NCBI GenBank assembly: GCA_017399265.1
Contig: JAFQDL010000005.1
Coordinates: forward strand, 9,675 to 73,674
Direction: 5' to 3'
Origin: Clostridia bacterium
Lineage (GTDB): Bacteria > Bacillota > Clostridia > Christensenellales > UBA1242
DNA: 64,000 nt
A program made the position numbers and the translations under genes. Positions 1 through 15,000 of this stretch are shown piece by piece (position 1 is the stretch's first letter; every line of letters starts with the position of its first letter). The notes beneath the pieces are model-generated. The model saw nothing but the letters and a program-made list of their open reading frames with translations. It ran no database searches and had not been told where the DNA came from.

Positions 1-3000
1 TTATCTTCACTAAATGGAAGACTAGCATCTTTTGACGCACCTTTAAGTAGAGAAGTTGCTACATTAACAGCATATCCAGCAATACCGCCAGTATATTTTG
101 ATGCCGAACTAATTGTCATATGATCAACAGAAATTAAATTGTCTTTTGATGCTTCTTCAACATCTTTTAATACATTGTATGCATAACCAACTACACCACC
201 AACATATTTACTTGAAGAGTCATCTGTAGTAATCGTAATTTGAGATTGATTACTTTCAGTTCCTGTTATCCTTACACCATAGATATCAGAAGCCTCGTCT
301 AGCAATTCTCCTATTACACCACCGATATAACTACCAGAAGCATTTATCTTAACTCCTACTATATCTATATCGGCTATAGTTATGTTTACATCTTTAACTA
401 GAGAACCAATTATACCACCCACATATGATTTACCATTTATAGTTACATCATTTAATGTGTTATAATCTGATCTTCCATTAAGATTTGTTACTTTTAGCAT
501 CTCGTCAAGCCCACTGTCCGAATAATCGAAAGTGCTTATTCTAGTTTCCTCAGTACCTGATTTAGCTTCATATTCTCCTACAATACCACCTGCATACTCT
601 ACTGAAGCTTTACCAACTATTGTATTTTCTACAGAAATATTTAAAATAGCAGAAGCTGTAACATCATTCTTCAATCTACCTACTATTCCACCTATTCCTT
701 TAGGATTAAGTGTACTAGAACTAATCTGATTCTTTACATTATCATTTAACGTTGTTAATAACAAATTGTCAATAGTTCCATCAACAAAACCTGCCACACC
801 ACCGACATAAACACTTACACTTTTGTTGGATAATGAACCGCCTGTGACATTAACAGATTTTACAATACTATTCTCAATATCTCCGTTTACACTTCCTGCA
901 ATTCCACCAACATAACTACCAGCTGAAGAAGATATAACATTCAAGTCTATACCATTAGATGATTTATCAATAATAGCATATTGTATAGAACCTTTAACGT
1001 AACCAGCTATACCACCAATATAACTCTTTTGACCTGTAATATTAATATCCATTGCTAATACATAATCAGCATCAGCTCCACCTATAGTTCCATTTGCTTT
1101 ACCGATTATACCTCCGGTAAATGAATTACCAGTAACACTTATATTACTTACTTTAATAGCTTCAACGTCTTCACCGCTACCAATAGCACCACCAACATTA
1201 TCTGTACCAGTTACTATATTAGTAAATGCATCCGCTTTAATTTCAATACCAGATATTGCACCACTAGCAGAACCTACAGCACCACCTACATTATCTGTAC
1301 CAGTGATTGTAATATTTGTTAATGTTGCATTATCAGGAGAAACACTTAAAGCATCACCTACAATACCACCTACATATTTTTTGCCAGAAACTGTTAATGT
1401 AATAATTACTACTTTAGCATCTGAGTTGAAAATCTCTTTATCAGCAGAACCTACAACACCACCTACATAATTTGCAGTAGTTGATTTTTTATCGTCTATC
1501 TCTACACTATTTGCTGAAACTGATACATTTATTAATGAACTTTCGCCTTGTAAACTTTCCATTGAATCTTTCAATTGTCCAACAAAGCCACCGACATATT
1601 TTTCATTAGCTGATATATTTGTATCAGCAATTGAACAACCAGTAATAATTGAATTTTCTTCTGCACTTCCAACTATACCACCGACAAAAGCGCCATTACT
1701 ATTTACACTCACAGAAGATATATTATTAACATTCTTTCCGCCTTGAGTGTTGTCAATCTTTACATTAGATATTGTAGTCGATTCTGCTTGACCAACAGCG
1801 CCACCTACATATTGTGCACTCACACCAGTACTCTTTACGATTATAGTATCTGCAGTAGAATCACATATTTCACCATTATTTACATATCCAACAAACCCGC
1901 CTACATAAGATGCGGAGCTTGTTACACTAATATTGTTAATCTTTAAGTTATGAAGCTTAGCCTCACCTGCATTTCCGGCTATACCACCAACCAATCCGTT
2001 ATTTGATGAAACATTCATATTTACAGCGAAGAAGTTAGTAGCTGGTTTCTCATCAACAGTAATCAAATAGCCATTCAAAACAGCTCCTTCAATTATTCCG
2101 TACATACCACCCACACAACTATCTCCTGAGACTACACAATCTGAAATGGCATGAGCTATACTAGAATCTTCAAACACTCCAGCCTCCCAACCTGATATGC
2201 CACCAATATGTAAAGTATTAGTCAAGTTTAGTGTGGAATAATAAAGAGATACCCTATTATAGAAACCTTCATTCTTACCAACAATACCACCTACATTTTG
2301 TAGTTTTGAAGCATTACTGTTAAATGTATGAGTTATAGATATTCCAGAATTTGCATTATTTGAATTTCCGACAAATCCATGCATGATTGATCCTTTATTA
2401 AATCCTGACACCCCGCCTACATTGTCAATAGTTTTATTGCTATAATTTTCAATAACAATACTGCTATTTTGTAAACATACAACACTTACAGAACCATAAT
2501 TTTTACCAGTTAATATGCCTATATTTGCCTCAGAATCTTCAGTGCCTTTATATGCGTAAATCAATGTTGAATTAGCAACTGAACAGTAGTTTATATTTCC
2601 AAATTCTTCGTTTTTCTCAACTACAATAGCTTTTGCATTTTCACCTTTGACACTTGCAGAATTGAAATATAATCCGCTTATATCACCACTATTATTTTTT
2701 ACAAAAGCAGTGTTTAGTGTTAAATTCGCTATTTCTACACCTGTTCCATTACCTCCGATACCTACAATCTTCTTATCATTTTTAAGCTGTTTAATACCAT
2801 CTATCTCTTCACCAAGCAAACCAGTCATATCCAATTTGTCAGCAATGATATATACATCTAAATTAAGTTCTTTAGAATTATAATCGACTATTAATCTTTG
2901 TAAATCTCGTGCTGTTTGAATAATAATTGAATTAGAGTTATCTTTGAATAAATAATATTCTCCACCCAAGTCAGTTTCGCTCTCTGGCCATGAGATGATT

Positions 3001-6000
3001 TCATTTATTGCACCAGGCTTATATCCAGCAGTATTTGTATCCATTAAACAATATGGGTTATCGATTATAGTACATTGGCCCGCAACATCAAAATTCGCCT
3101 CTATACCAGTAGCAATCTTTATTTCGTTATTAGAACCTTCTACTGACACATCTTTGAAATAATATTGATTATAGTTGACATCACGAGACGTTGATTTTAC
3201 CCAGATATATGTTCTATTAATATCTGTAAGTATAGCCTTACCACTAGGATCAGTAACATTATTCAAGAAAGGAGATTTTGCATCTTCAAAGTCTTCTACG
3301 TATGCAGAACCATAAACGTTGGTATAAGAATTATCTGAAGTTAGTAAATATTTTTCTTCATCATCTCCATCTTCCACTTTAATAATATATTTTTGATACT
3401 TAACAGCAGGAACTGTATTATCATGTAGTGTACCTGTATGGAAAGAATTATTAACTAATACATCAGTACTAACTACATCTTGTTTGTAAACAAGTCCAGC
3501 AAATTGTAGATGCTCTCCTTTAGTTGGCTCTTGATACTTATATTCTTTTGTCTCGCCATCAACAATTTCTACAAATTTACTATCACCAGGATCTCCAAAA
3601 TCAAATCTATCAGTTTTGTTAATATGATCAATATTAGTAGTAGAATAACAATCTGTGATTCTTCCACCATTGTTATATACAAAACCACTAAATTCTAGAT
3701 TGGATTGAATATCTTTTATATTACCATCATCTGTTGCAACTTTACTATTAGACTTAAATGCTCCTGTATATGTAACAACAGCACCAGATCTAACAATATC
3801 ACCATTGTTTTGATAAGCAAATGTAGCCATTACCAATGGATCAGTAACATTTCCTGCTTGTATATTACGACTTACTTCACCAAATACAACACTATTATAA
3901 ATCCTTCCATTATTTTGATTAATAAATGGAATATAGTGAGTAGTAATATCATTATTTAATACTTCATCTATGTTTAGAGTTTGTAATGCATGATCTGCTA
4001 TAGAATACTTAATACCAGAAATAATTGCATTAGGCCCTAAATTAACTCCAGACAAACCACCATTAATGATGGTAGTATTATTTGAAGTTATAACACCATT
4101 GAAATAACCATCTATTAAATTATTCGATGTAATCGTAGTTAAATTAGATCCTACATTAATATTATAATTTCCTTTAGCATTGATTTTATTATATAACTCA
4201 GTAACTTTTTCTAAATAATTTGAATCTAAATCAAACACATCAGTTGTCTCTGCATCGTTTAATTTAGTATTAAATGATGCGATGTCATTATAATAATACA
4301 CTTGAGTACCATTGTAATTGTTTGAATCTTTAAAACTACCATATAGATCAGCATACTTAGCATAGAACTCTGCTATATAATATACATTACTAGTATGATA
4401 TTTAGTTCCCACAACTTCTTCTGTAGCTTCTACTTTTTTCTGGCAATTCTCAGCTATTGTATAAAGGTTTGCTTTATATCTAACCGCTTGAGTATTATCA
4501 GAAGAATAGAATCTTGCATAAGATTTACCATTCTCTAGTGTTAGGTCAGTAAGTCTACTATAACCTACCACACCACCATAGAAGTTCTGTGTACCTATCA
4601 TATAGTATATATCACCATATACTACAAAATTAGTAATTTTGATAGATCTGATATAACCAAACAATCCACCAACATAGAATATAGCATCTTTTAGTAAATC
4701 ATTATCAACTACTTTACCTAAAGCATTTTGATTATAATCTTCAACTTCATCATCTTCTTCATCATCTTTTTCTATTTTGCTATATGTTTTTATTATACCA
4801 TAGTTTGCAATTTGATTAAATTCACCAGTCGAATAGCCTGCGATACCACCCATATAAATATTTGGTGCACCAATTGAGGCAAACTCTTCATATTCAATAT
4901 TAAGTATAGTGATATCACCATAATTAACCAATTTTTCAGCTTTTTTAGCTGATAAATTACGTCCAGTTATACCACCAATATAATAATTACCTATATGCTG
5001 CTCACTTCCACTTTGTGGACGAACCTTAATATCGGCATATGATTTTATATCATACATAGCTGTATTTCTATCACTATTACCTATTACACCACCAATATAT
5101 GCATGTAGATATTGTATATCAAATGTATATGTTGGTTTAGTATCTTCTGTAGTATAACTAGTGATAGTAGTATAATTAGTGATACTTGTACCATATACAT
5201 AACCACTAAATCCACCAAAGTATACGGATTTAATTATTTGAGAAGCACTAGTTCTTTGTAATTTAATAACTACGCTTCTTGCAGAATAAGTAGCAGTGTT
5301 AATTCTTCCACCTGTAGAGCCACCAAATAAGCCACCTGCAAATATGTTAAAGTAGATACCATATGCTTTCAAATCATTTGATTGAGTACTATAATAATCA
5401 ATTTCAAATTTAATATTACTTGAAACAGTATTTATTACATTGTTATTGTTCTTGGCAATCACATTTGCTGTATACAAATCTGTTACCTTGTCTGTTCTTA
5501 AGTTATCTATTAATAATCTAAATGTCTTTTCATCACCAGTCTGGCGAATATTCTCCATAATATTACCAGATGCAAAACCTATAAAGTTGGATATCGCTTC
5601 TGCTTTACCAGTAGTTAATTTAACATCTGAATTATATGTAATAGATACATTTCTAAATATACTATTATAAGAAGCACCGATAATAGTACCAAAATATTTA
5701 ACTGATGTTAGCCCAGCTTCTTCTGCATCACCTACAAGAGTTAAACGTACATCTTGTTCGTTACCTTCAACATCTTTAGCACAGATATTAAATGATACAT
5801 TTTCAAACTCTGTAGAACTAATAGTTGTAGCTAAGAAACCAAAGCTTCCATTTTTAGCTGCATTTACTTTAACATAAGTATTGTCATCATAAGCAGTAAC
5901 AATAATATTAAAGTTCAAATTCTTGATCACTGCTGTATCTAGTTTGTTAATTAAAGCGTATGCCGCTTTCGTATTACCTGTATGAATATTAATTGTAGGA

Positions 6001-9000
6001 ATATTATCAGTAGCATTGTCAGCATATTCAAATATTAACTCACCTTCATTATAATATCCACCACGAAGCATACCTTTGAATACAGTATTGTATTTAGCAA
6101 AGTTATACATCAAGTTCTCGTTGTTAATATAGATGTCATAAGTAATTTCATTATTATCTTTATCATTATAAAGAACTGTGTATACTTTTGAAGTATTAGA
6201 ATCTGCAAAAGCATCTTCTAATTCTTGAAAATTAGTAACTAATACGTAGTTAGAATACGTTTGTTTACTATACTCTGGAAGTTGACCATTGTTTTGCATC
6301 TTCCAGACTTCTTGTGAATCTGTGTCGTGATCTTCATCAGTTCCAAAGAACCTTACATCAATTCTTTGTTGGATATAATCTCTACTACCATCTTCATTAT
6401 AACTATACTCTTCGTATATATCTTCAAAGATGTTTTTAGAAGAATTCTTATCTACATCTTCATCTGTATTTTCTTTACCAGATTCTGCTTCTGTAAGATT
6501 TGAGTACACTCCTAACAAATTCTGTAAATATAGTTGTTTAGAATAATGACTTAACACACCATCGTTAAATCTATAATCAGCATATACATCTTCTGCTACA
6601 TAATCATTACTAGGAGAAATAACATAATAACCTTTAAACTCTCCAAGCACGATATCAGTATCAGTATCATTCTTATATACTATATTCTTGGTAATACCAT
6701 CTATCGACTCTTCTTTTATTATTACTTCCGTTTCATCGTAAACTAACTCTGTATATTTATAACCTTTAAACTCTCCAAGCACGATATCAGTATCTTTCTT
6801 ATATACTATATTCTTTTTAACATCATCTATCGTTACTTCTTTTATTATTACTTCCGTTTCATCGTAAACTGATCCCAGATCATTTTGAATAGCAATTACA
6901 TTTTTTCGAATAACAACTACATCTTTTTTAGGAACAGCAACTACATGAGTAGCAGTTTCAATCTCTTCTGCTGCTACAGCTTTTAATAATCCAAGTTTTT
7001 TATCACTTTGTGTTAAATGCCATTGAGAGATCTGTCCAGAATATAATTTAGCATACGCCAAATCGTAGTTGGAATTGTAGCTCATTACTTTTTGGTTATC
7101 ATTAGTTTTAGATTCTAAGACAGAATACGTCGTACTAATAGCGCTTGCAATTCCTTGGACTGCCCCATCTACTACTTTATAGAATTTAATTTTATCTTCT
7201 TTTAAGTATGTATTATCAAAATACTTATCATTTTCATAATAACCTTGTTTACCTTCGACAGCCAGTTTTGTCATACCAATATGACCGATCATTGAACCAA
7301 TATAGACAGCATCTACTTGTCCATTTATATTAGAAGCTGCTTTGGTATAAGCATATTGCTTATCTTCTTCAACAACTTTAATATTATATACCTTTGTAGC
7401 TTCAGCTATTTTTTGGTTACCAATCTCTGGCATTGTTAATATAACTTTATCATTAGCACCTAATCCTAATCTATTAGCTACAGATGAACGTAAAGCATTC
7501 ACTGTCTCACTACCCCATAGATTAGCTGAAACAGCTTTTTCTAATCTTAAATCTGTATAAATATCTAAATTAAATGCACTATCTAATCTAACATATCCGA
7601 TAAATCCACCAATAATATGACTAGAACGAACATCAGCTGTAGTATAAGTATAAGATATATAAGATGATCCATCTACATAACCTACTACACCACCAGCAAT
7701 CAATGCATTATTATTTTCAACATTTACTTTGTTGTAACTATCTATTATTATTCCACCTTTGCTATATCCTACAAGCCCGCCAATTGCAACGACCTTGACA
7801 TCAGCACCTTGAGTAGAACCAAATAGTTTTGTCTTATTATTGCTTGGAGCTGGATTATTATGCTCACCAATCTCAAAATCAAATTCTGATTGTTTATCTT
7901 TAGTAAAGTTAACTTGTGCTCTACTAATAATACCATGGTTTTCTGCTACAATACCACCTACGAAGTTTCTACCAATAATAAATTGGCTACCATCTTCGTT
8001 TTCTTCATATGTAACAACGAATTCCACATCATATAGATAAACAGAATCTGAAATATAACCAAACAATCCACCAGCATTAGTACCATTGATTGTTACATCT
8101 CCGCTCACAGTCACACTTTGAGCATCGTAATCTTTATAATTTCTCAAACCAGTTATAGTCTCATCGGTATCGGGTTCGCCAGTAGACAACATAACACCTA
8201 CTACACCACCAGCATAAGATACAGACTCTGTACCATATATTTTCCAAAGCTCATCTATATTTTTAGCATCCCTATTCCAATCAAACAAGTTAAATTGTAT
8301 TTGAGTGGATCCTGAAGATGATTGAGAGCCTCTCCATGTAATAAAATCACCTTTAATATTATTCTCAACATCTTTAGTTGGATTGATGTTAACTTGTGCA
8401 GTTGTCTTTACCTTAATATTAGTCACATTAATATCTGTCAATTTAGTATCAAGTGTCAAACCTGCTAAGCCACCAACCAAGTTAATAGCAGTAATAATCT
8501 GAGCTTCTTCTTTTGATGTATGTTCGCTAGACATAGCAACATCTACATTTATGATATGTGAATTGAATATTGCACCAGCTAGAACACCACTTGCTTTTGC
8601 GTTATTTGTAGAATATTCACTATAAGTAACTGTTAAATTTTTAACAACAGTCTCATCAGTCTCTTCTGAACCTCTATCAAACAAACCAATTTGTTCAAAT
8701 AGTCCATAATACAATGTTGACCTATCTTGGCTAGCTGTATTAACTTCTGACAAGTTGATATTTTGAATTTCAAGGCCATTTCCTTGATAAACACCTGCAA
8801 ATATAACTTCTTTTAAGTAATAATCATTCTTTTTGATTTGAAGAATATTTACATCTGTTTCTTTATTAGAAGCAAAGTTCAAATTAGAAGTTTGTCTAAT
8901 ATATCTTACTTGTTCGTTGTAATTACCAAATATTACTAAATTTTCGTCACCAACTTTATATTTCTTTGCGTAATTAGTGATATAGTTAACCATTCTGTCA

Positions 9001-12000
9001 GCAGTATCTACAAGAAGTGGATTGTTTTTTGAACCATATACACAATTAGCATCGTAAATATAACTAAACGTCAAATTCACATATTCTGATTGATCAACTT
9101 CTAACAAATCTAATTCTTTTTCGACATTGCCATAAGCATCAAGTTTTACTAACGTACTATACTCTAATGCATCATTAATGCAAATTTTACCAGTTTTCGG
9201 ATCAACCCATCCAGTAATTCCTAGTGATACCTCATCACCAGAAAGTTCAGCACCATTTCCTGTTCCAACAACCATATTTCTACAAAGCACATTATTAGCA
9301 TCAAAGAAATATCTAAATCCAGCAATATCCTGATAAATAAATTCTTTCTCATTTACTTTAGAATCAATAATATACAACTTAATATTCTCATTATTGTGTT
9401 TTAAGACTACATAATTTACAAATTTAAAGTTAGTTTCTTGTTCTCCTTCTTTCTTCTCAGACACACCTGATAAAGTTCTATGAGAATAAGTACTACTAAT
9501 TGTAGACATCAATCTAGGGCCACAAGCTGTCATGTACCATATAGCGCTGTCAGAATCTTTTGTTGAATCATCTTCCTTAAAGCTAAATGCATTAAATGAA
9601 GATTTTTCTTCAAATTCACTTATATCCCCTGCTCCTGTATGAACAATAGCAATAGCAGGATCCTCAACTACAACCGATTGATTTTTAGTTGCATCAACTA
9701 AATAATAACAATCCTCAAATGTACCAGCATTTTCAATATTAGAACTGCTACTCTCTCTACTATAGAATGGACCATAAGCTATAGAAGAACTAGCATCTGA
9801 AGACTCTATTACTGTACAATATGACGTAGAATAAGCATGAAGAATAGTACCTGAGTTTTCATATACAAAACCAGCAGTAGTTGTTGCATTAGTAGTTAGA
9901 GCTAATGCAGAATAAGCATTCTCAATAACACCATTGCTTTGGTTGTTATACACAAATCCACTAATATTGCCAACAGATCTAATATCATAGTTTAATTTAT
10001 TTTGACCTTCCTCAAATTTAGCAATAAATCCTGAATTTTCATATGCTTGAGCAAAGCTTTCTAAGATTTTACCAGAGTTGTTTACAACAAAACCAGCTGT
10101 ATTAATCGCTTCGTTATTGTCATCTCTAAGATCAGTTATTGTATTATATATACCTAAACCTTTAGCAAAACTAGAACTTATAACACCGGTATTCTCTGAT
10201 ACAAATCCACCAATATTACCATTTGCTGACAAATAGAATGGAGACAAATTCAATATTTCAGATTTGGTATAATCAATTTCACCATCTACAGCATTTGCCA
10301 CATTTACTTGCTTAACCATTTGAGTACTATTAAATTTATAATCTACTATTGGAGTAGCCAAATCTTCTTCAGAGTAACTATCCAATAATCCTACACTACT
10401 ATTAGTAATAAATCCATTATTAATACCAACTAATGTACCAACATTATTAGTTGTATAACCATCTACGTTTTCACTTAGTAATACATTGAAATATTTATTC
10501 GCCGTCTCACTAGCAATTATCTTAGTATTAGTAATAACACCATTATTTTGACCTGCTAATATACCAAAATTAACAGTTTTTAAGAATGACAAGTCTATAC
10601 TTGCTAGACCTACTGCAACACCTTCGTCATTATAATAAAGTGATTGATTTTTGTAGTCAGTACTAGTCATATATGCATTTATTAAATCAGATGTACTCTT
10701 GTCTTTGATAAGTAATTTAGATTCTTCTACATCTGAAGCTTCAACTAACACATCAGAAATATCGATTGTAAGATTCTTAACAATTGTGTTTTCAGAAATT
10801 ACATCGAATATACCAAAGTTAGTTATATTACTACTTCTAGCGTCATCTGTATTAAAGCTCTTAACTTTTAATATATAGCCATTACCATCTAAAGATCCAA
10901 TGTTGCCTATACCTTGGTTCTTAACAATTGAATAATTTGTTAATTCAATATTATCCATCATGATATAGTGTTGACCAGTTGGACTCTCTGCTGTTGATTG
11001 TCCATTGACCATGTTTTCGAAATCTTCTTGATCGAAAATCGGGATTGGATTGTCATAACTTGAATTTGCTTTAATTACAAGATCAAATGCATATTCATAT
11101 TGATATACTCTGTGGTATTTTTTAGCTTCAAGACTACCATTGTCTGATACATATACTACATTTTCTGTACGCACATAACTTGTATTACCATCGTAACTGT
11201 CGTCATATAAACCATCAGCATTTTGACATAATCCTACAATTTGACCTTTTTCATCATAGAAATATTTAATTTTTGCAATAATTCTAACATCATTACAAAC
11301 AGTTTTTGCCTTGATAGTGTAATATTCATAATAATAAGTTACATCATTTATAACTTCTGATTGAACATTCCTACAAAGCTCAAACTTGTCCATGGTATTT
11401 TCTTGATTGTCTAATGTAATAAGTTTTTCTTCTGTAATTGGAGTAGAGCCATTCTTGATAACATAATAGAATGTAACATCGGATTTAACTAAATAAATTG
11501 GTTCCCCTTCGTTAGTATTGTAGTATAAAGTGATACCACTTAACATAAACTCTTCCAATTCTTCAGTAGTAAAGTCTGATTGTTGATATAGATCATATAC
11601 CAATCCATCGTCACCATAACTACCTATTCTTACATATTGACAAGAATCATTTCTCTTATGTTCAACATAGAAGCTATAGCCTTTGTAAGAATCTGGCAAC
11701 TTATTATCATCATCATTACTATAGAATTGTTCTATTTCAGTAGATGTTAAATTACTTACATTATAAAGCTTTTCAGGTTCAATAAGAACGTATCTACCAT
11801 CTTTTTCATGTAATATATATACTTTATTACCGTCTATAGTATAATCAGCTGCATCTCCTGTTACTTCAACATATCTACTAGGAATAAATGTATATATACA
11901 AGAAACTTTATCAAGACTACCATCTCCGTTCAAATCTAAATCAAGAGATAGCAATAATATTTCTTCATCACCTTTTTTAAATGTAACTTTTTCATTGCTA

Positions 12001-15000
12001 GGTTCACGAGTATAACCATTATTTTCTACAAATTGTACAAAGTCAGCCAATGTAGCAGTTTCAACTATTATATTTGAGTCAACTGCTTTTAATTCATAAT
12101 CTTCATTATATTTGTAATATGAACCATCTTGTAAAACAACTGGAACAATCGCAACAATGTTTTGACTAGCATCTTTAACTACATAATAATAAACATATAG
12201 TGAGTTCTCATTAATTATAGTTGCTATTACATTATCACCCTCTTTGTATTCATAAGTAGCAAATATATCGGCATCACCACGCTCATAATTATTAATTTGA
12301 TAATAATCACTAGCAAGATATTTATATTTTGTTATACCTTTAAGAGATATAAATTCTGTTACCCTAGAATTTCCAGATACTTTTGTATAATTTAGGCTAT
12401 CATTATCAAGATTTTCATCATTTATATCATTTGGTATAATAGCTTTAATTGAAGTGTTAGGATCTAATAGTACATACTCACCATTGATATAATAATATCT
12501 TTCGGTAGTAGTTCTATTCCATGTTTGGTAAGTTTTATTACCTACTGATGTTACTCTATCATTATCGTTATTAATATCAAATTCTAATCTAGTATATGTA
12601 CCATTTAATACCTCTAGAGTAGAATTGTTATTTTCATTATTCTCATTTGATAATGCAGCGTCTTTTAATTCAACAGGAACTAATTGAACAGCAACAACAT
12701 CTGTGTCTACTTCTGCCACATTATTAATCGTCTTCCTTACAGTCAATGTAATATTTATAGAAGAATAGTAATCTCTATGTGCATTGTCTTTATAAGAAAT
12801 ATATGTATATGGCTCTTCAACGTTATTAAGTGTATCCATACAAACTAGATAGTAACTAGTTCTGTTTCCAGTTTCATCAAATACAAAATTCAATACACCG
12901 TCTTTCCAAATACTTTCTGCTGCTTTTATTAGACTATCTTCTAATATAGCTTTCTCTTCAACATCTGTAGTATTTTGAATTGTTTTGAATATTTCTAAAC
13001 CTTTGTCATCAACAATAAACAAATGTTGATCAAATTCATTTTTTGCATACTCTAAACTTACGCTTACACCATATTCAGGATCATATAAGTTTGCTGATAC
13101 CGGATCAAAATTAAGAGCATCCCAATCAATTTTCTTATAATCTCCAATTTCCATTACAGTTAAATCTGTACTATCGATACTAATATCCGCAACTGGTAAA
13201 GATTCAATAATCAAACTTACCTCTTTACCCAACAATTCATTATTATCTAAATCAAAAGTTTGAATACTTATATTCAAATTCTTATCATTTTGATCAATTA
13301 CTACATCTTCGTTAATTTTAATTATAATGTAGAAAATATTGTTGAAATAAGTAGAATCATTATAAGTTTTGGTTATATTTCTTAATACTATACCTTTACC
13401 ATCTTCTGTATATTCAGTATCTATCTTTTTATATCCAGCGATATAACTATTATCGTCGCTACCTAAAATATCAACTTTAGAAATAGCAACTGCTTGCCAG
13501 AATTGCATATGTTCTACATAATTTTCATCAAATGTAATAACAACACTATCTGCTTTGTTAAACTCTTCAAATATAGAAAGCTTTAACAAACCTTCTCTAT
13601 TTGGAGAAATATATTTACTTGCAACTTCTTGAGGTTTAAACTCTGTAGTATTATAGCCTTCTGCATTTGCATAGAATTCAGATGTAATCTCAATAGGATT
13701 GTCTAATTCTAGTGTATATCTAAATTCTTTACTTAACGCATTGTTTGTACTTGGACTAAATGTAATTAGATAATCCGCATATTCCATATCCTCAGTCTTG
13801 TAGTAAAATTTATACGCATTCTTATTAAATCTCAAAGTAAAATTATAAGTTACATGATATTCATTTGTATTGCCAATTTCTTGTATAAGCACGCTATCCA
13901 ACTTGATAACTGCTAAACTTCCATAGAAATTACCTCTATCAAACAAGTATTCATCGTCTTTAAATTTAAATATTTCACCTTCGTTAAATATAGCATCTTC
14001 ACTCATTTGAACTTGAACGATACCACCTATAGTACCCTTATTAGTTAAATCTTCAACTTCTTTAATACTATATAAATCAATAAATAAATTTTCAACTAAT
14101 TGATATTTGCTATCACCTAAATCTTTTACATTTGCTGTTGTAACAACAACGCTTAAACTTGTACTGCCGTTGGCAGTCATCTTCGCTTCAGTTTTATTAT
14201 CTTTAATGATAATTTCTCTTGCTCTTGCTTTTACATCAAATTCAAACACTTCATATACAGGTTCATCTCTTCCATCTTCACGTTTAGACACATATATTTT
14301 TGAGTCATTTTCATCTACAACTCCATCATTATTTGTATCAACAACATAATAAGGGAATAATGTAAGTTTTATAGAACCAATTGCTGTAGGCAAGATTTCA
14401 AATATACTTGTGGTAGTAGTAATATTGTCAACAAAGAATCTATCACCAGCATTTCTCTCACTTCCTTCGTATTCGAAAGCAGCACTTTCTGTATTTACTT
14501 GAACCTCTACACCCATATTGGATACAACATCAAAGTAAATATCACCTAAAGCATATCCACCTTTGAACATATTAACTACAACTGGAGACAAATATACTTT
14601 TTCATTTTTGTATAATACAGAATCTTTAGCAACATTTGTAGCTGTATGTTGTGCGCTATCGTTTTCGATAACGTAATTCAATTTCAAATCACTATAACCA
14701 CTACATACATATACATCTAAAAGACTATATACTGAGTTATCAAATCTAGAAGCAACTTTTAATGTAACATTACCATAACCAGTTGTTGTTACATATGTAC
14801 CATCTATATCAAGAATATCATTATCACCAGAATATACGCTTATCTCTATTCCTTTATCAACTGCAAGCTTAATAAACTCTGTTACAATCTCTTCACCAAG
14901 TAATCGTAAATCAATAAACTTAGTACGTGTATCAGAATTCTTATATTTGCCATCAACACCAAATTCATATCTATTGTTAATAGCACTTGTTTGACCAGTA

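Noticed and set aside
532-14349. Nine short plus-strand ORFs in the first 15 kb
   Set aside because: They are antisense shadows of the giant minus-strand gene, with no recognisable products.
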